In this document: piece after piece, positions 26,361 to 39,463 of the stretch
Numbering within the stretch: position 1 is the first letter of the stretch
Layout of the letters: each line of letters starts with the position of its first letter
Origin: Lama guanicoe
Taxonomy: Eukaryota
Reading direction: 5' to 3'
NCBI GenBank assembly: GCA_013239625.1
Contig: MU053472.1
Coordinates: 1,815,236 to 1,879,235 of the forward strand
DNA: 64,000 nt
Notes under the pieces: model-generated
The model's database searches: none
What the model saw: the letters and a program-made list of their open reading frames with translations, nothing else
Told to the model about the DNA's origin: nothing
Program-made: the position numbers and the translations under genes

Positions 26361-26680
26361 CAGGGCTTTGCAGACTCTTAGCACCACCTTCACCACCTGT
26401 TTATGTACAGCTCACAGGTTCAGAATGGTTTTCACAGTCTTAAATAGTAGGGGAAAAAACCAAAAGAGAAGAATATTCTATTAAGCCTGAAAATTATATG
26501 ATATTCAAGTTTTAGTGGCCATAAGTCAAGTTTTAACGAAACACAGCCACATTCATTCATATATTGTCTGTGGCTACTTTCTCCCCACTCTGATCACAGA
26601 GTTGCAGAGTTGTAACAGAGAAAATATGGCCTAAAGATATTCCTTTCTGGCTCATTACAGAAAATGTTTGTTGACCACTG
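26361..26680. mobile_element. MER58B-like hAT-Charlie element
   Basis: Termini CAGGGCTTTGCAGAC and GTTTGTTGACCACTG; internal AAACACAGCCACATTCATTCATATATTGTCTGTGGCTACTTT. Confidence 0.85.
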
Positions 26681-27039
26681 ATTATAAGCTCAAGTCCACA
26701 TTCCTTCCTAGCAGGACACGCAAGACCCCGATGCCTCTCCAGCTTCACCGTCTGTCCTCTCTTTCTCTCTGATAAGCATCCTGAGCCCTAACCATGCTGA
26801 ACTACTGAAACCTCTTAGGCTCCACCATGCTTTCTATGTGTCTAAGTATTTTTTCCATGTTATTCCCTCTACATGAAACCACTCCTTTCCATCTTGGGAA
26901 ATTTCTCTTTGTCTTCCAGTCTTTTGGCTTAAGCATCCTCTGCAAGCCTCACATCCTGCGCTCTGTTTCCATCTTGAACTCTTTCACTAGAAAGGAAGCT
27001 TTGGGAAGACAGAGATTGTTCCTCTTTGTATCCCAAGAA

Positions 27040-27244
27040 CAGGTTTCTTAGCCTAAGCACAATTGGCATTTTGGCTAATTCTTTGTTGTGGGGCTGCCCT
27101 GTGCATTACAGGAGCTTTAGCGGTACCCCCAGCCTCTATCCATTACATATTAATAGCTTCCACCCATCATGACAATCCAGAATGTCTCCAAACATCACCA
27201 GATGTCCCCTGGTGGACAAAACTGTCCCCTTTGGAGAACCACTG
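27040..27244. mobile_element. MER20 hAT-Charlie element
   Basis: TAATTCTTTGTTGTGGGGCTGCCCTGTGCATT...ATGTCTCCAAACAT...GAGAACCACTG. 8-bp TSD CCCAAGAA (27032-27039) / CCCTAGAA (27245-27252). Confidence 0.9.
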
Positions 27245-27314
27245 CCCTAGAACCTTGCAGTCAGTAGCTCATAACAGGTACTGGATGATGTTGAATTATG
27301 AATTAAAAGACTTG

Positions 27315-27458
27315 GGGGAGAGGGTATGCTTAGGGGTAGAGCATGTGCTTAGCATGCACGAGGTCATGGGTTCAATCCCCAGTGCCTCCATCAAAATAAA
27401 TAAAACTAATTACCCCTCCCCCCCAAAAAAAACCCAAAACAAAACAAAACAAAACAAA
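27315..27458 (+). mobile_element. Vic-1-like SINE
   Basis: tRNA-like head, (CAAAA)n tail and a perfect TSD AAAAGACTTG at 27305-27314 and 27459-27468. Confidence 0.95.
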
Positions 27459-28334
27459 AAAAGACTTGATTCACATTGAATTTTACACTTCAGATGGATG
27501 ATTTGTATGACGTGTGAATTATTTATGAAGAAGGCTCTTTTTTAATAAAAAGGTTTGGTTTACTAATAGCGATCATTAGTGGCATTATTATTGTGGGGTT
27601 TTGTTTATTTGTTTGTTTGTTTATTTATTTTGTCTTCCACAATAGTTGCCAGTATAACTGATGGTATCACATGCTAGGTGAGTTGATGCCAAATATACAT
27701 TATATTGTCTAATACTGACTTCAAGCCTGGGAACTTGACCTGAGTTTTGCTTCTTTCTTTTTTGGTAAATGCAGACAAAACGATTCGGTAACATGCTGAA
27801 AAGTCATTTAACTAGTGGGCGTGTAGGAAGGGATACAGGACTTAACTCCTGTCTGGTTTCAAAACCTGTGTTCATATCACTTGACCACGTTGCTTCCGTA
27901 AGCCAGTTATTAGCCAGAGGAAGCCGATCTTCTTGGTTAGGTGAACATGCATGTACCTACCAAAGACATTATGTGTATATAGCAGATGTGAGCAGTTTCT
28001 GAATAATGGGAGCATTGTTTTTGTTCAAAATGCTAAACACTGGGTTTCTCATGGGTAGAACAGCCTATACACTCTATGGACAATGGTGGGTTTTGTTTTG
28101 TTGTTGTTGTAGTTGCTTTGGTTTGTTGGTTTTCTCTGAATCCACCAAGGGGCCACTTTTTTTCTTGCATGTCTTTAGATCCTGAGGTGATGTGGAATCT
28201 GTCTGAAACATCTTAAAAATCTAATTTTCAGCCTAAAAAAATTGGTAGGTGGCATTATCAGTTCTGCCTTTCACTTTGCCTCGGAGCAATGGCACTAAAG
28301 CAAATGTGACCTATAAGACGGGCCGTCTTTAGAA

Positions 28335-28531
28335 GGGAAGAGTACAGTAGGACGTTCTGTGGTGATGGAAACTTGCTAGATCTGTGCGGTCCAATGTGAG
28401 AGCCACGTGTAGCTCTTAAGCACTGCAAATGTGATGGATATAACTAAGGAACTGAATTTTAAATTTAATTTTGATGAATTGAAATTTAAATAGCCATTTG
28501 TGTCTAGTGGCCATCAAATTGGACAGCACAG
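28335..28531. mobile_element. MER3-like hAT-Charlie element
   Basis: TTCTGTGGTGATGGAAAC...AAATAGCCATTTGTGTCTAGTGGCCATCAAATTGGACAGCACAG. Perfect 8-bp TSD CTTTAGAA (28327-28334 and 28532-28539). Confidence 0.88.
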
Positions 28532-29989
28532 CTTTAGAAGTCTTAGCTTTGATAAAACCACAGACCTAAGCTTAACCCCAGCAAATATCTTAGAAGTCAG
28601 AGACCCCAGTTTCAGATTGAATAAAGAGACCTTAGTTTTTAGACTGAATAAATTACCAGTGTTGAATACACGCGGAGAGTGTAGAAATACATACTTTAAC
28701 CGTGCAATTGAAAAGTTTACTGTTAGACCACAGCGGTAGGGGGTGCACTTGAAGTGTGACTTCAACATTTATGAGCATTATTTTAGTGAGTAATTTTGCA
28801 TTTTTCTGTTGATTTGATTGTTATAGTGATGAAATAAATTATCCATTTAGGGGCAATGTTGAGACATTAAGAAGTAAAATGGATAATGTGGTGTGTTTGT
28901 TTTAGGTATTTAAGAATTATTGTTGGAGTAAGAGACTTGCTTTGTTGAAATTCTAGAATTTTTTACTGTAATATTTGCTTTTTGGCTCTTGGTCCAATGA
29001 CAGCTGTATTTAGGAATTCGGCAGGAAACTAACAGAATTTTTCTTCTTTGGGTATATTGCTCAGTATTTTCAGAAGATGTAATGTTTTGGAATATTCTTC
29101 TTGTACTCATAATATTTTAATTATGATGATGGTAATAAAAATGTTAAGTTGTAATATTTTCACCAGCAATACATTCATAAAAAGGAGAAAAACACTGTAT
29201 TTCAAATGCCATCCTAAATTAGCTGTAATCTTTGGCAAGTTGTATTGAAATTCATTTTATGCCTTTGCTTGTTGTGTTCATTACATGTATTCGATCTGGG
29301 AGGAAAGAACTCAATTATACTGGAGACAGAGATGAATTTTATTCTTGGACTTTCAAGAGTTAACATTTTATGCATATTTATTTTGCCCCAGCACTTACCT
29401 TATATTAATTGCTAGTGATTGAAGTTTTGAAATATAGACGCATTCGTCACTTGATATTAGCCAAAAGGCCAGAACGTGATGGATGCATTCTTAAAGATTA
29501 TCCATTATTCTCCTTAGAATGATCGATGATATAATCCAAAAATTTGGAAGACTTAAAATAAGTTGAAAGATATTTTTTCCCCTTCCCCATTTGCCTAACT
29601 TGCTCCTTCTAAGGAAGTGTGATGAATTTAAAGATGTCTGTGATCTGACTGAAAGAGGTTCACAAACACCGTTTCCATATTTGTGGTTTTGGTGTTTCCT
29701 CTTACACATGTGTCTTCCTTCTTCAGTTTCTCACTCCCTCCGCGGAGAGAGAATTGGCCGCACTTTTTGTGCTCTGTGCGTGTATCAGATGGGCTCGGGG
29801 GCAGGGGCGGCGAGGGGAGCTTTGTCTATAGCAGAAACCATCAAGTCCAGGAGTCGGTGAGCCAATTAAGCAACTCCCTTCAAAGGATTCCTTGTGTGAA
29901 CTGCTTATCAGAAAAGATGCAAATGCTATTATTGATGGTTTCCTAGATATCAGACAGGCAGCATAGCTCTGTGTGATGAAAAGCCACCA

Positions 29990-30570
29990 TGCTCCATGCT
30001 CCGAGGGGCATAAAAAATCAAAAAGGCGTGCTCTCTGACCCCCAGAAACCTGGAATTCAGGTGATAAAAATCAAACTCTAGTGACCACAGTCCAAGCCAG
30101 ATCAAGTCCTCTTAGAGTACAAAGAAGGGAAAGATTAGTTCTAACTGGGGTGATCAGAGAAAGTTGTGTGGGGGAAAAAAATGCCATTTGAGCTAAAATG
30201 TGAGAAATAGGGAGAATTTTGATAGGTGAAGATTTAGGAAAGAGGCTCCTATTGACCAGAAACCCAAGGCACCAAGGCAGACACATACTGAGTAATTTAA
30301 AAACCAAGTGAAATCTGCTTTGAATTTATAGGAAAGGATACGTGAAGGGAAGTTGGGAAGCGCCAACCATCTCGGGAGGTTAGGACCAGACTATGAAAGG
30401 AAAGTGCTGGTGGAGGGGTTGGAACAGAGGACAAGTAACAGAAGGTTTTTAAAGTGGTGTGTGACGCGTTTAGGAAGATTATTCCTGTTCCTATTGGCAG
30501 CAGGGTTGAATAGATGGGGTACAGACTGAAGAGAAGTAACCCCGTTACGTGGTTATCACAGTCAGACATC
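29990..30570 (-). mobile_element. L2 LINE relic
   Basis: Purine-rich antisense L2-like text (AGAAGGTTTTTAAAGTGG...GCGTTTAGGAAGATTATTCC); very diverged. Confidence 0.55.
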
Positions 30571-31519
30571 TACCTGGTAGTCACACGAACAGAGGCTCGA
30601 TTTGTAAAGCCACAGAAAAGTTGCTAATCTTTCCCTTTTTTGCACCCCTTGGAGAAATAGCGCTCTGGCAATTGGCCATCTTAGCATAGCCTTTGGATCA
30701 TTTTGGAATGCAAAATAAAGAGAGAGAGAGACAGAGAGAAAGAAAAGGGTACTTTCATTAAAAAGTCGGTGAAAAGCTTCTAGTTTGTGATTTTTAAATT
30801 AATTAAATAGGTAGGCAGTTCTTACATAAAATGTTTATGTCAGTTCTTTTCCTTATTAAGCGACTGCATGACCCTGGGCCCATTATGGATTGTAATGTAG
30901 TGATTTGATAGTGCATGATTTTAAGATGCATTTTGTCCCAATCTACAGTGTCCTGACAAATGTTAAGTAAGCAAAAAGCATGCCTCCCCATGCCCTGTGT
31001 TCATCTGAGTGATCTTTTTTTTTTTTTTTTCAAAAGTGTAATACTGAAATGGTGCAGGCCTGAAGCCAAGTGAGAGACCACTGCCACCACTGCTGCTTTT
31101 CATGATCAGTGCTATGGCTTCTGTGCTTCACTGTGCTTCACCTGTACAAGTGCCCTGGGCTGGTTCATCTAGACAAGGCAGTGAGCATTCATCCCCCTCT
31201 AGCCTGAGTCCTTACCCTGGTATATAAACAGTACGTGCTTCCACCAGAGCCCTTAATATTTGTGTATGGTTTTAAGGATGGACAGTAATAAACAGGTTGA
31301 AGCACCTATGTTTTTGATTTTGATCTTATTGGAAGTTCCCGTTAAACAATTATACTGAGATGCTTAAATTCTTCAAAGTTAGTCAAGGGTTATGATTTTA
31401 TAAAAAGGGTGTATTTTTAACCCCCATTTCTTCCTTCACTTCCTCCTTTCCACCTTACACGGATCTTCTCTCATTGTTAATATTCGTCACATATGAGATT
31501 CTCTTGCTTAATTCTTAAA

Positions 31520-31756
31520 AATGAGCTACCATTTATTGTTAAGGTTCTTGGCTAAGCGCTCTGTACATGTTATTTCATTTAATCTCCACAACAATTCTAT
31601 GAGAGAGTTATTATTATTCCAATTTTAGAGATGAGGAGACAGTTAATAACTCAGAGAGGTTAATAACTTGCCCAAGAATACACAGTTAGTCACTGGCAGA
31701 GCCAAATTGAAAACCCGATCTGTATGACTGAAACTGTTGCCTTAACCACTACACTT
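31520..31756 (-). mobile_element. Near full-length MIR (MIRb-like)
   Basis: AGCTACCATTTATTG...TTTCATTTAATCTCCACAACAATTCTATGAG...TTTTAGAGATGAGGAGAC...CTCAGAGAGGTTAATAACTTGCCCAAG...CTTAACCACTACAC. Confidence 0.92.
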
Positions 31757-32039
31757 CCTTGACCCCTGTGCCTTCCCTGGTGCCCGATGTTGTGAGCCCA
31801 GTTTTGGTAATGGAGGAACCCTGGTCCAAAGTGGATGTTTGCACAGAGGAGTCATAGAGTTTTAAGAATGGGAGGGTGTGTGGAGGTCATCAGCCTTCAT
31901 GTAAAACAAAAGTCCTGTGTATCTGAGACATGCTCTCTAAATTAACTGGATTCATGTAGCTCCTGTGTAGTAATAGTTAGTACTAGTAACAACATCTTAA
32001 GGGGAGGAGGGGGTAGTTTATCATCAGAAAAAAAAAATT

Positions 32040-32300
32040 GATTTTGGGATGGAGACGAAGGCATTCAGCGTGGAATAACGTACTTGAAGAATCTCTGCTT
32101 TTTCATGTACTGTGTCTGATTTGATGACATCTGGAATTTGCTTCAAAATAATGCAGGAAGAGGGAAGTGGATGTGGATGGGGCAGGATTGGCCATGGTTT
32201 GATGGTTGTCGGGTCGTGTGATGGATGCTTGTGTTTTATTATATTGTTCTGTCTATTTTGGTGTATGTTCAAAATTCCCCATGATAAAATGTTTTAAATT
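32040..32300 (+). mobile_element. Old L1 3' end (L1MC/MD-like)
   Basis: ATGACATCTGGAATTTGCTTCAAAATAAT...GATTGGCCATG...TATGTTCAAAATTCCCCATGATAAAA. Confidence 0.8.
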
Positions 32301-32359
32301 TTTATTTGAAAGCACTGTTTTCATGATTTTGTAGTGGTTAGATTATGTATATGTTTTCT

Positions 32360-32482
32360 TTCTTTCTTTTTTTTTAATTTTATTTTAATCAACCGAAGTC
32401 CACAGTTTACATTAGGGTTCATTTTTGATGTTGTACATTCTATGGCTTTTGACAAATACATAATGACATGTAGCCACGACTT
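32360..32482 (-). mobile_element. Short antisense L1 3' end
   Basis: T-tract followed by GAAGTCCACAGTTTACATTAGGGTTCA...TGTACATTCTATGGCTTTTGACAAATACATAATGACATG. Confidence 0.8.
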
Positions 32483-35400
32483 GTATATGTTTTCTTTATC
32501 CAAAATTCTCTTGGATGTTTTAGTCAAAAGAAGCATTCTTCCCTCTAGCATTTGTTCCCTCTTAGACTCTCCTTTGACTTTTTTTCTGATTAGTTGTTAA
32601 AGAAAGAACTCAACTTTTCCAGTGCTGAAAGTGAAGTTAACTGTCAGCTGCCTACATGGCTGCAGTGTTGGGATAATTTATCTAATTTCTCTTATGAGTA
32701 ACTTCTCTTTGACATTAGTTTTGAACTCAGAGACTTGCTTGCATTGTTCTTGTTAGTAAAAAAAAAAATCGCTAGGATGTACTTAGTAATTGGAGTCAGC
32801 TGCACTTAAGACTGTTCAGCCAGACTGTTATTTTAGCCTTCACTAGTAGGGTTTTTAACACCAGTTTGACCTTACTTTGAAACATTCTCAAAATACCATA
32901 CTTTAATATCGATTTATATACTTTCATACTAAAGCAGGGCAGGGTCCCTGGGGAAAAAAATAATGAAAACTCTTATTTCCCACAAATACAAGAATAAAGG
33001 TAGATTTTTTTTTCTGCTTTTGTTTTTTGAAAGAAAAATAGAGAAAGATTTGGGGTGAAGTTTTCCTTTGGTTTGGTTTAGGCATAACGCTTGCAAATGC
33101 ATTCTAAATATACAAGTGACAGAAGGATACAGGATGCCTGCAAATCAAGGGGGCTGATTTTCTTGGCCAGTGTGCTTGAGGATGGAGACTAAATCTTCAA
33201 TTCGTAGCACCGAATAGATGCTCAATGAAGATGTTTCTGAATGCGAAATACTCAATTCCCATGACTCTATGCCAGGTATATTTTAGGCAAGTAAAGTGCA
33301 AATTTTATATACATTTTCTGAAAGTAAGTTCTGCGTTTTTGTTGGTTCCACAGGAGGACGGCTTTTTGATTGCTTTCTTCTCTTTGCTTTTTGCCATTGT
33401 CCCTATTTTTTTTAGCCCCCCGTAAACTCCTATCCAGTGGAATATCAGAGGCGAAGTAAATTTAGGAGTGTAGATGCTGTTTTTCGAAGTCGATTGAAAG
33501 GGTTATAGTATTCTCAGGACTGAAGTTCTTTCTCTGAGGACACAACTGTCAGCAAATCCATATAAGGCAACTGGACTGCCTCCCACCTCCTGAGAGCTTT
33601 CTACGCGTTATGTCTCGATACCATGATAGATCCAGTGCCTGTGAAGACCTGGAACGTTCCAGACAATAACTCAGACTTGTTTTCTTATGCTATATATAGG
33701 AATTGAGCGAGTGTTTCACAATGAAATATCCCTGCAGGCACTCTCCATCTCCTGGTGGTGCAGAACCCTGAGCCACTCAGTAAACAGTCCTTTTTAAGTT
33801 TCAAATTCTTTCTTTCAGCTGTTTTGTTACCTTTCTGAAATATTTGGCCCAATAATTTTCATCATATTAATAAAATCTGTGAAAGATTAAAATTTTCTAT
33901 TGCTTGATCCTCAGTAGCTTAAAAAAAAAAAAAAGGATCCTTTAACCAACACAGCATTTCTCTGCGTGTTCTTGAGCTTAAGTTCTTGGACTTTTAACTT
34001 GGCTTTTATTAACCCTTTATTTTCTTGACTTCTCTGAGTCAACGATTAGAATTGTTTCTGAGTTGCTGAGGACGCGAAAGGTTAAAGATAATTTCTTAGT
34101 AAGTTGATTTACATCAAAGAAAAATTCCTTCATGTAGATTAACTGTAATCATGATACTGGTGAGATTTCCAGACCAGGCTCATGACAGCATTTGGAGTAC
34201 GTCCTCTGTTGCTCTAAACTTGTCTGCCTCACCACCGTAAGGTTTAAAACCTAAAAATACAAAAGTGTTTAAATTTTTCTTTCTCCTTCCTTATCAGAAA
34301 TATTCATTTAGACCCTAACAACTGTTAGAACAAGATAACAACTCCAGGCCAGCTGTCAAATGTTTACCATTATCAAAACTCTCCCTGGAGGGAGATGCAA
34401 CTTTGGCTCGCCTCACCGGCAGTAATTTAATTTTTCCTTCATTCTGACTCGGAAATGGCAGCATTTTTCAAAGCTTCCTCCCACTGATGGCTGAAATTTT
34501 CCTTGTGAAATGATTTCCACCAGTCTTGAATCTTTCTTGTTTCTGCCGTCTTCACCTTTGCTGATGGTTCTGCAACTCATCACCAGCTATGCAAACTGAC
34601 AGTTCACATCCTGGGGCAGCAGCGGGGTCTGGCCTGCAGAAAGGAGCAGCCTGACCAAATTTACGCTCACAAGATCTCTTAATTCACAAAAGCATTTGCT
34701 CTAGTTCCTGTTCTCTGCTGCAGGGGCTATGGAGAGGCAGTGGGGGTGGGGGCAGGACCACTGGGAGAATGTTCTGAAGAGAAGAGAGGCTCTCTTCACA
34801 CTCTACTGAGTACACAGACTTTGGAGATGAAAAACAGACGGAGGGAGGCATTTCCAACCATCTTGCTGATCTGCGCGGGAGTTCATTGAACTGTACAGCG
34901 TAGCACCAGACCCTCGTGTCATTTAATGTTCCTTCTTAAAACTGTCCTTAAATGTTCAGTGCAAATATCCCTCCCCCTTTGACTTCAGTTGACAAAGAAA
35001 ATAAAAATAAGCAAGTAAGAAACAGCTAAATATTGCAACGAGAATGACCAGAGTAGCTTTTTTTTTTTTTTTTGTCTCTGGAGAGTTCTGTTCAATAGGA
35101 AAAGTCCTCTAAACCAGAGTGGACAGAGGAAGTTTTAGGTTTGATCTGAACTTCATGAACACAACAGATTTCATCTTTTTTCTTCCCTCACAAATTTCCA
35201 CCCCAGCTACTTGTTCGCCGAAACTGCCAGACCTTCCCTGGCTGCAGATACTCTTGGAATTCGAGGTTTCCTTTTGTCCTTTTCCCTGCAGCCCCTCGAC
35301 ACTCATCCCTCTCCGCCCAGTCTCCCCCAGACAGACAGCCGGTACATCACTGCTCCGTAGCTCAAGATCCCTCGTGTACTTGTGAACCAGTTTGGGTCAG

Positions 35401-35671
35401 TCTGAAAATTGCTTTCGAACACGGGTTGTTTATAATGACTGACCTCAGAGGCATATTTCGACGTACTCCCTCCCCAGCCGTCTGAGACAACCTCATCAGC
35501 GTGGTAGGTTGTTTTCGGGGCTTTGAGTATGGGACTACTATTATTAGAGCAAAAATGATAGAATCCTGAGCTTAGACGTGCAGGTTTGAAATTCTAGGCT
35601 TTGCTCTCTTACTGTGTTTTTCCATTTCTTTCCTTGTAACACTCATGATCCCAGTAAAAGGCTGATAACAC

Positions 35672-35992
35672 CATCAGGTCCCTAATTCGGATCCCACTAA
35701 TTCGGAATGTTTGATGATGTGGATGGAAGTTGATCTTGGAACTATCTGGGAGTGAAGTTTGTTATGCAGACTGGTATCTTAAATAATATTCCGGAGCACA
35801 TTCACTTACTGAAGAAAACAAAAACATTTCCAGTGTTTTCTTCTACTTGTACAGTTAGTTGTGTCCAACATACCTCATTACAGTGGTACAGACTTCTACC
35901 TCTCAGCAAGTATTCTTCTTAAGTAGCACTCACCTGTTTCCTGGTCTGAGACAAGCCATTTCCTGAATCGTCTGAATTAGAGGTAGTTTAAT
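35672..35992. mobile_element. Possible ancient Tigger-like MITE
   Basis: CTAATTCGGA occurs twice near the left end and its near complement TCTGAATTAG near the right end, about 300 bp apart. Confidence 0.45.
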
Positions 35993-36135
35993 ATCCTCAG
36001 CGATGCTCTGGGAGTACATAGTTGAGCTGAAAAGTTGGTCGGGGATGCAAATACCAATACAAGATCGTATGTGCTAAATCCCCAGAAGAAGCATGGTTAA
36101 AAATTAAGTGCTATAGGAATTTTAGATCCGTAGAG

Positions 36136-36199
36136 ATATTTGGAAGGTTCTTTGAAAACAGCACATATATATGCTATTTTCAAAGAACCTGCCAAATAT
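36136..36199. repeat. 28-bp near-perfect inverted repeat (hairpin/cruciform)
   Basis: ATATTTGGAAGGTTCTTTGAAAACAGCA and TGCTATTTTCAAAGAACCTGCCAAATAT are complementary at 26/28 positions, with an 8-nt spacer. Confidence 0.95.
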
Positions 36200-38139
36200 A
36201 TATATCTATAAACACATAGAAGTTTTAAAAAATTAATTCCAGAACTTGGCATAGTCTCTGCTGCATAAAATGTTCAGTTGATCTATATGAAACCTCCCTG
36301 TGTTTTGGAGTCAATGACTTTTATTTGGTGTAGCCTTTTTTTTAATACCTATCTTTTATTGAGTACTTACTACATACCAAACAGTTTGTGCTAGATACAG
36401 TTCCAAACTCTGTTTTAAGCTATTCATGGAGGGTTCAAAACCTCCGATGCTCTGATGGCCAGGTTTCAGCCCGGGCGGGGGAGTGACCTGCGTTTGAGGT
36501 TCCGTGGCTACTCCTTCCATGTTGCCGTTGCAAAAATGTGGGCTTGAGGTTGCCAGACCTTCCATTTAGTCAAGAGAGACAGGAAATTCACGTTTTTATG
36601 GATATTTCCTGATTTTTAAACCGGTACAGGCCAAATAAAAGTTTGTGACTTTTGCATTGTACACTCAGGCCCGTTTGATCTTCACAGCATCCCTACGAGA
36701 TAGGGATAATTGTGCTTGCCCACTTCCAACACAGCTAATAAGTTACAAGGGTAGGGTTCTACCCTGGGTCTGTCTCACTCCCCACACGGCGGTGTTAATG
36801 TGCTCTTTCCTTTCTCCGCTCGACGCGTGGGACGGGTGCTGGGGATGGTTTGGGCAGGAAAGTTCTGTTTGGTTAAAGCCAGGCCCTTAACACAATGATC
36901 ACATCCTGTCGTCCTGAACCATGGAGCGTCATCATCCAGAGAACAGTTCCATATGGCTTTAAGGGGAATCACTTACCACATGAAGTTGCCGGTGACTGTA
37001 AATATCAAACAAAAGCTCTGTTGCCTTTGCTGCAGATTTATTATTTCAACCTTGTGGTCCTTCTAGAAAAGCTACACAAATACTCTTAACTCGTTTGTAG
37101 AGGTCTTCGTTTCTCAAAGAGTGGCCACGTATTAGCGGCAGTTTTACAAGGCCTGACCTTGCCGGAGACAGAGGAGGAACCAGCCGTTCTCAGGACCTAC
37201 GAAATATTTAAACACTTTTGTTAAAATTCTGAAATGAACTTGGGGGCCTGAAGGAGTTAACACACCTCCCCAAACCTGCCTTCAGCTGGTAAGATCAGGC
37301 CCATTATTATTATTATATACAGCTGTAAAAAGCTGGTTACATAGCATAAATTGCATCGAAGCACTTAGGCCACAAGATTACTCAAGAAGAATTGTATTGC
37401 TTGTTCAGTCATATATTTTGATCTTTATTGCTAGTAGTTTATTCTCATGAGAGTCGGGGATTAGCCTTGCTTTTAATGTAAAAAGTGTATCTATGAGGGT
37501 AAAAATATAAAATGAAAATAGATTTTTAATGGCAACTTTGGTTCTTAGCATTAATTTTACATGCCTTTTTCATTCTGAACTTTTAAACAGTTTTGAAGAA
37601 CATATGAGAGATTTGTGAACAGGGGCAAGAGAGGGTCAAATGTATCAAATCCTTGGATTCCAGCAAATGTAGGATTTGTGGAAGAACGGAGAAGCACACA
37701 TGTGTTGGGAATGTAAATTAAAATAAAACCTCACTCTGCGGAGCCTTGGAGAAGCGAGCGTACCACGTTGTGGCAAATGTCCGGGGCGTTTGTCTCCTGA
37801 AGAAATTAAGCAAATATTGAAATAAACATTAATTTTATCAGTCTGCATTTTTCCCCTTCCCTGGATGAAAGTGTTTCAGGAAAAATCATAAAAGAATCTA
37901 TGGTAGCTCAGAGAGGTTAAACTCAACAGTTGTTTTCTTTGAAGTCCCTGGCCATGAGGTTAATTGCCAAAACTGCTTGTGGAAAAGGTGGTAACAATTT
38001 AACAAGACTGTACAACTGCAGAGACTTAGATGAATATCAGGTGTTTGCAGATGTTTTTTTGCCTAACAGGAAAGGGGGTGGGGAGGAGAGGAGGCGCGGA
38101 ATGAGAAACAGGGGAAGAGAGAGGCCTGAATAAAGTCCC

Positions 38140-38370
38140 AGCTAAACAGCCAATAATTCTTTGTTTGCTTAGCCAATCATCCTGTAATTGGCCGGGAGGT
38201 TAATAGGCGTCTATCGATTGGTCAGGAGGAGTGCTTACTGCGGCGCTTTTTACTGTACGCGTCCAGACAGGAGGCTGCCTTTCCTGGAGCCCTCGTTCCC
38301 GCTCCGCAGGGCCATCCCAGCTCTGATTTATGAAACCCGACCAGGTGGCTCTTGGCCGTTTATGTTTTAA
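38140..38370. promoter_or_regulatory. Candidate promoter/enhancer with four CCAAT boxes
   Basis: CCAAT at 38150 and 38173; ATTGG at 38187 and 38217; forkhead-like TGTTTGC at 38162; locally retained CpGs. Motif evidence only. Confidence 0.45.
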
Positions 38371-38512
38371 GTGTTGCCCTCTGGGTCTTTGCTGCTTATG
38401 GGTCAGCGTGCCCTTTCTCATCGTTTGTTGTGGTCATTTGAATACGCAAGCTTATTTACAACGCATCGAAGTAGGAATACATTAAAAATAATACCACCGG
38501 GGCGGGCTTGGT

Positions 38513-38642
38513 GGGGGGTGGGTACAGCTCAGCGCTAGGGCACATGCTTAGCATGCAGGAGGTCCTGAGTTCAATCCCCTGTACCTCCATTTAAATAAAT
38601 AAATAAATTTACAACTTAATTACTCCCCCCCAAGTTAAAAAT
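38513..38642 (+). mobile_element. Vic-1-like SINE
   Basis: tRNA-like head and TAATTACTCCCCCCC tail. Imperfect TSD AAATAATACCACC (38486-38498) / AAATAATAACCAGC (38643-38656). Confidence 0.9.
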
Positions 38643-39463
38643 AAATAATAACCAGCACCCACTTGGACTAAAAAATGGGAATAATCATGTGAGCTGTGGG
38701 ATGGAGCCCTCCCTGCCCTAGAAATAGAAATTCTGCTTCCCGTATAGAGTTCCCAGGAGACCAGGAGATAAAATAATGCAGTCCTTTTTTTTTTTTCTGC
38801 GTTGGACAGACGGGTTTCTCAACTCTCCCCATTCACTTGTCCTAATTGATTATGCTTGGATATGCTTTTGTATAACTTCTTAGTGGCAGCTATTTGAGCG
38901 TTAAGGAAACTGAGGCCGTGTGTAACACGCCTTTCACCATCCAGGCTGCCTCTGGAGTTCATGACAGGGCTCTTCCGTCTTAACCCATCCTGACCTAGTC
39001 CTGACCCGAGCATTACTAATAAGGTACTTACCTCATCGTTTCAGTTCTCACTTGCTTAACTTGACTATAAATCCTTCTGCTGCTCGAGATCTTGGTTCTC
39101 CACCCTTGCTCAAATCTCCGTTTGTAGTTCAGAGTTCCCTGGGAGCCCGGTTGAAGGGGAGTAAATCCCCACTGATGATCAAGCCCCGAGCCACAGATTT
39201 CGGTGTAGCCACGTCTAGACAACTGGTTTCACCTGCACTGCCAGCTTGTCACTTAAGGCTGTGATGACCACAGCCACTACTTCCGCCTGTTTCTCCTACT
39301 GCTTTAATTTTACTACTAATATTTAAAAAAAAAATACAAAACACGTTAAGGACTTCTGCAAATCCTCCCCTTGTTACTAACAATCTCCATCATTCAACAT
39401 CCATATTTTGAACGACTGCCCTATCCCGGGATCTCTTGCAAGTACTGTGGATAAAGACGACAA

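Noticed and set aside
27063..27479. 138-aa ORF with a signal-peptide-like start
   Set aside because: Composed of MER20 and SINE sequence, with a non-ATG start.
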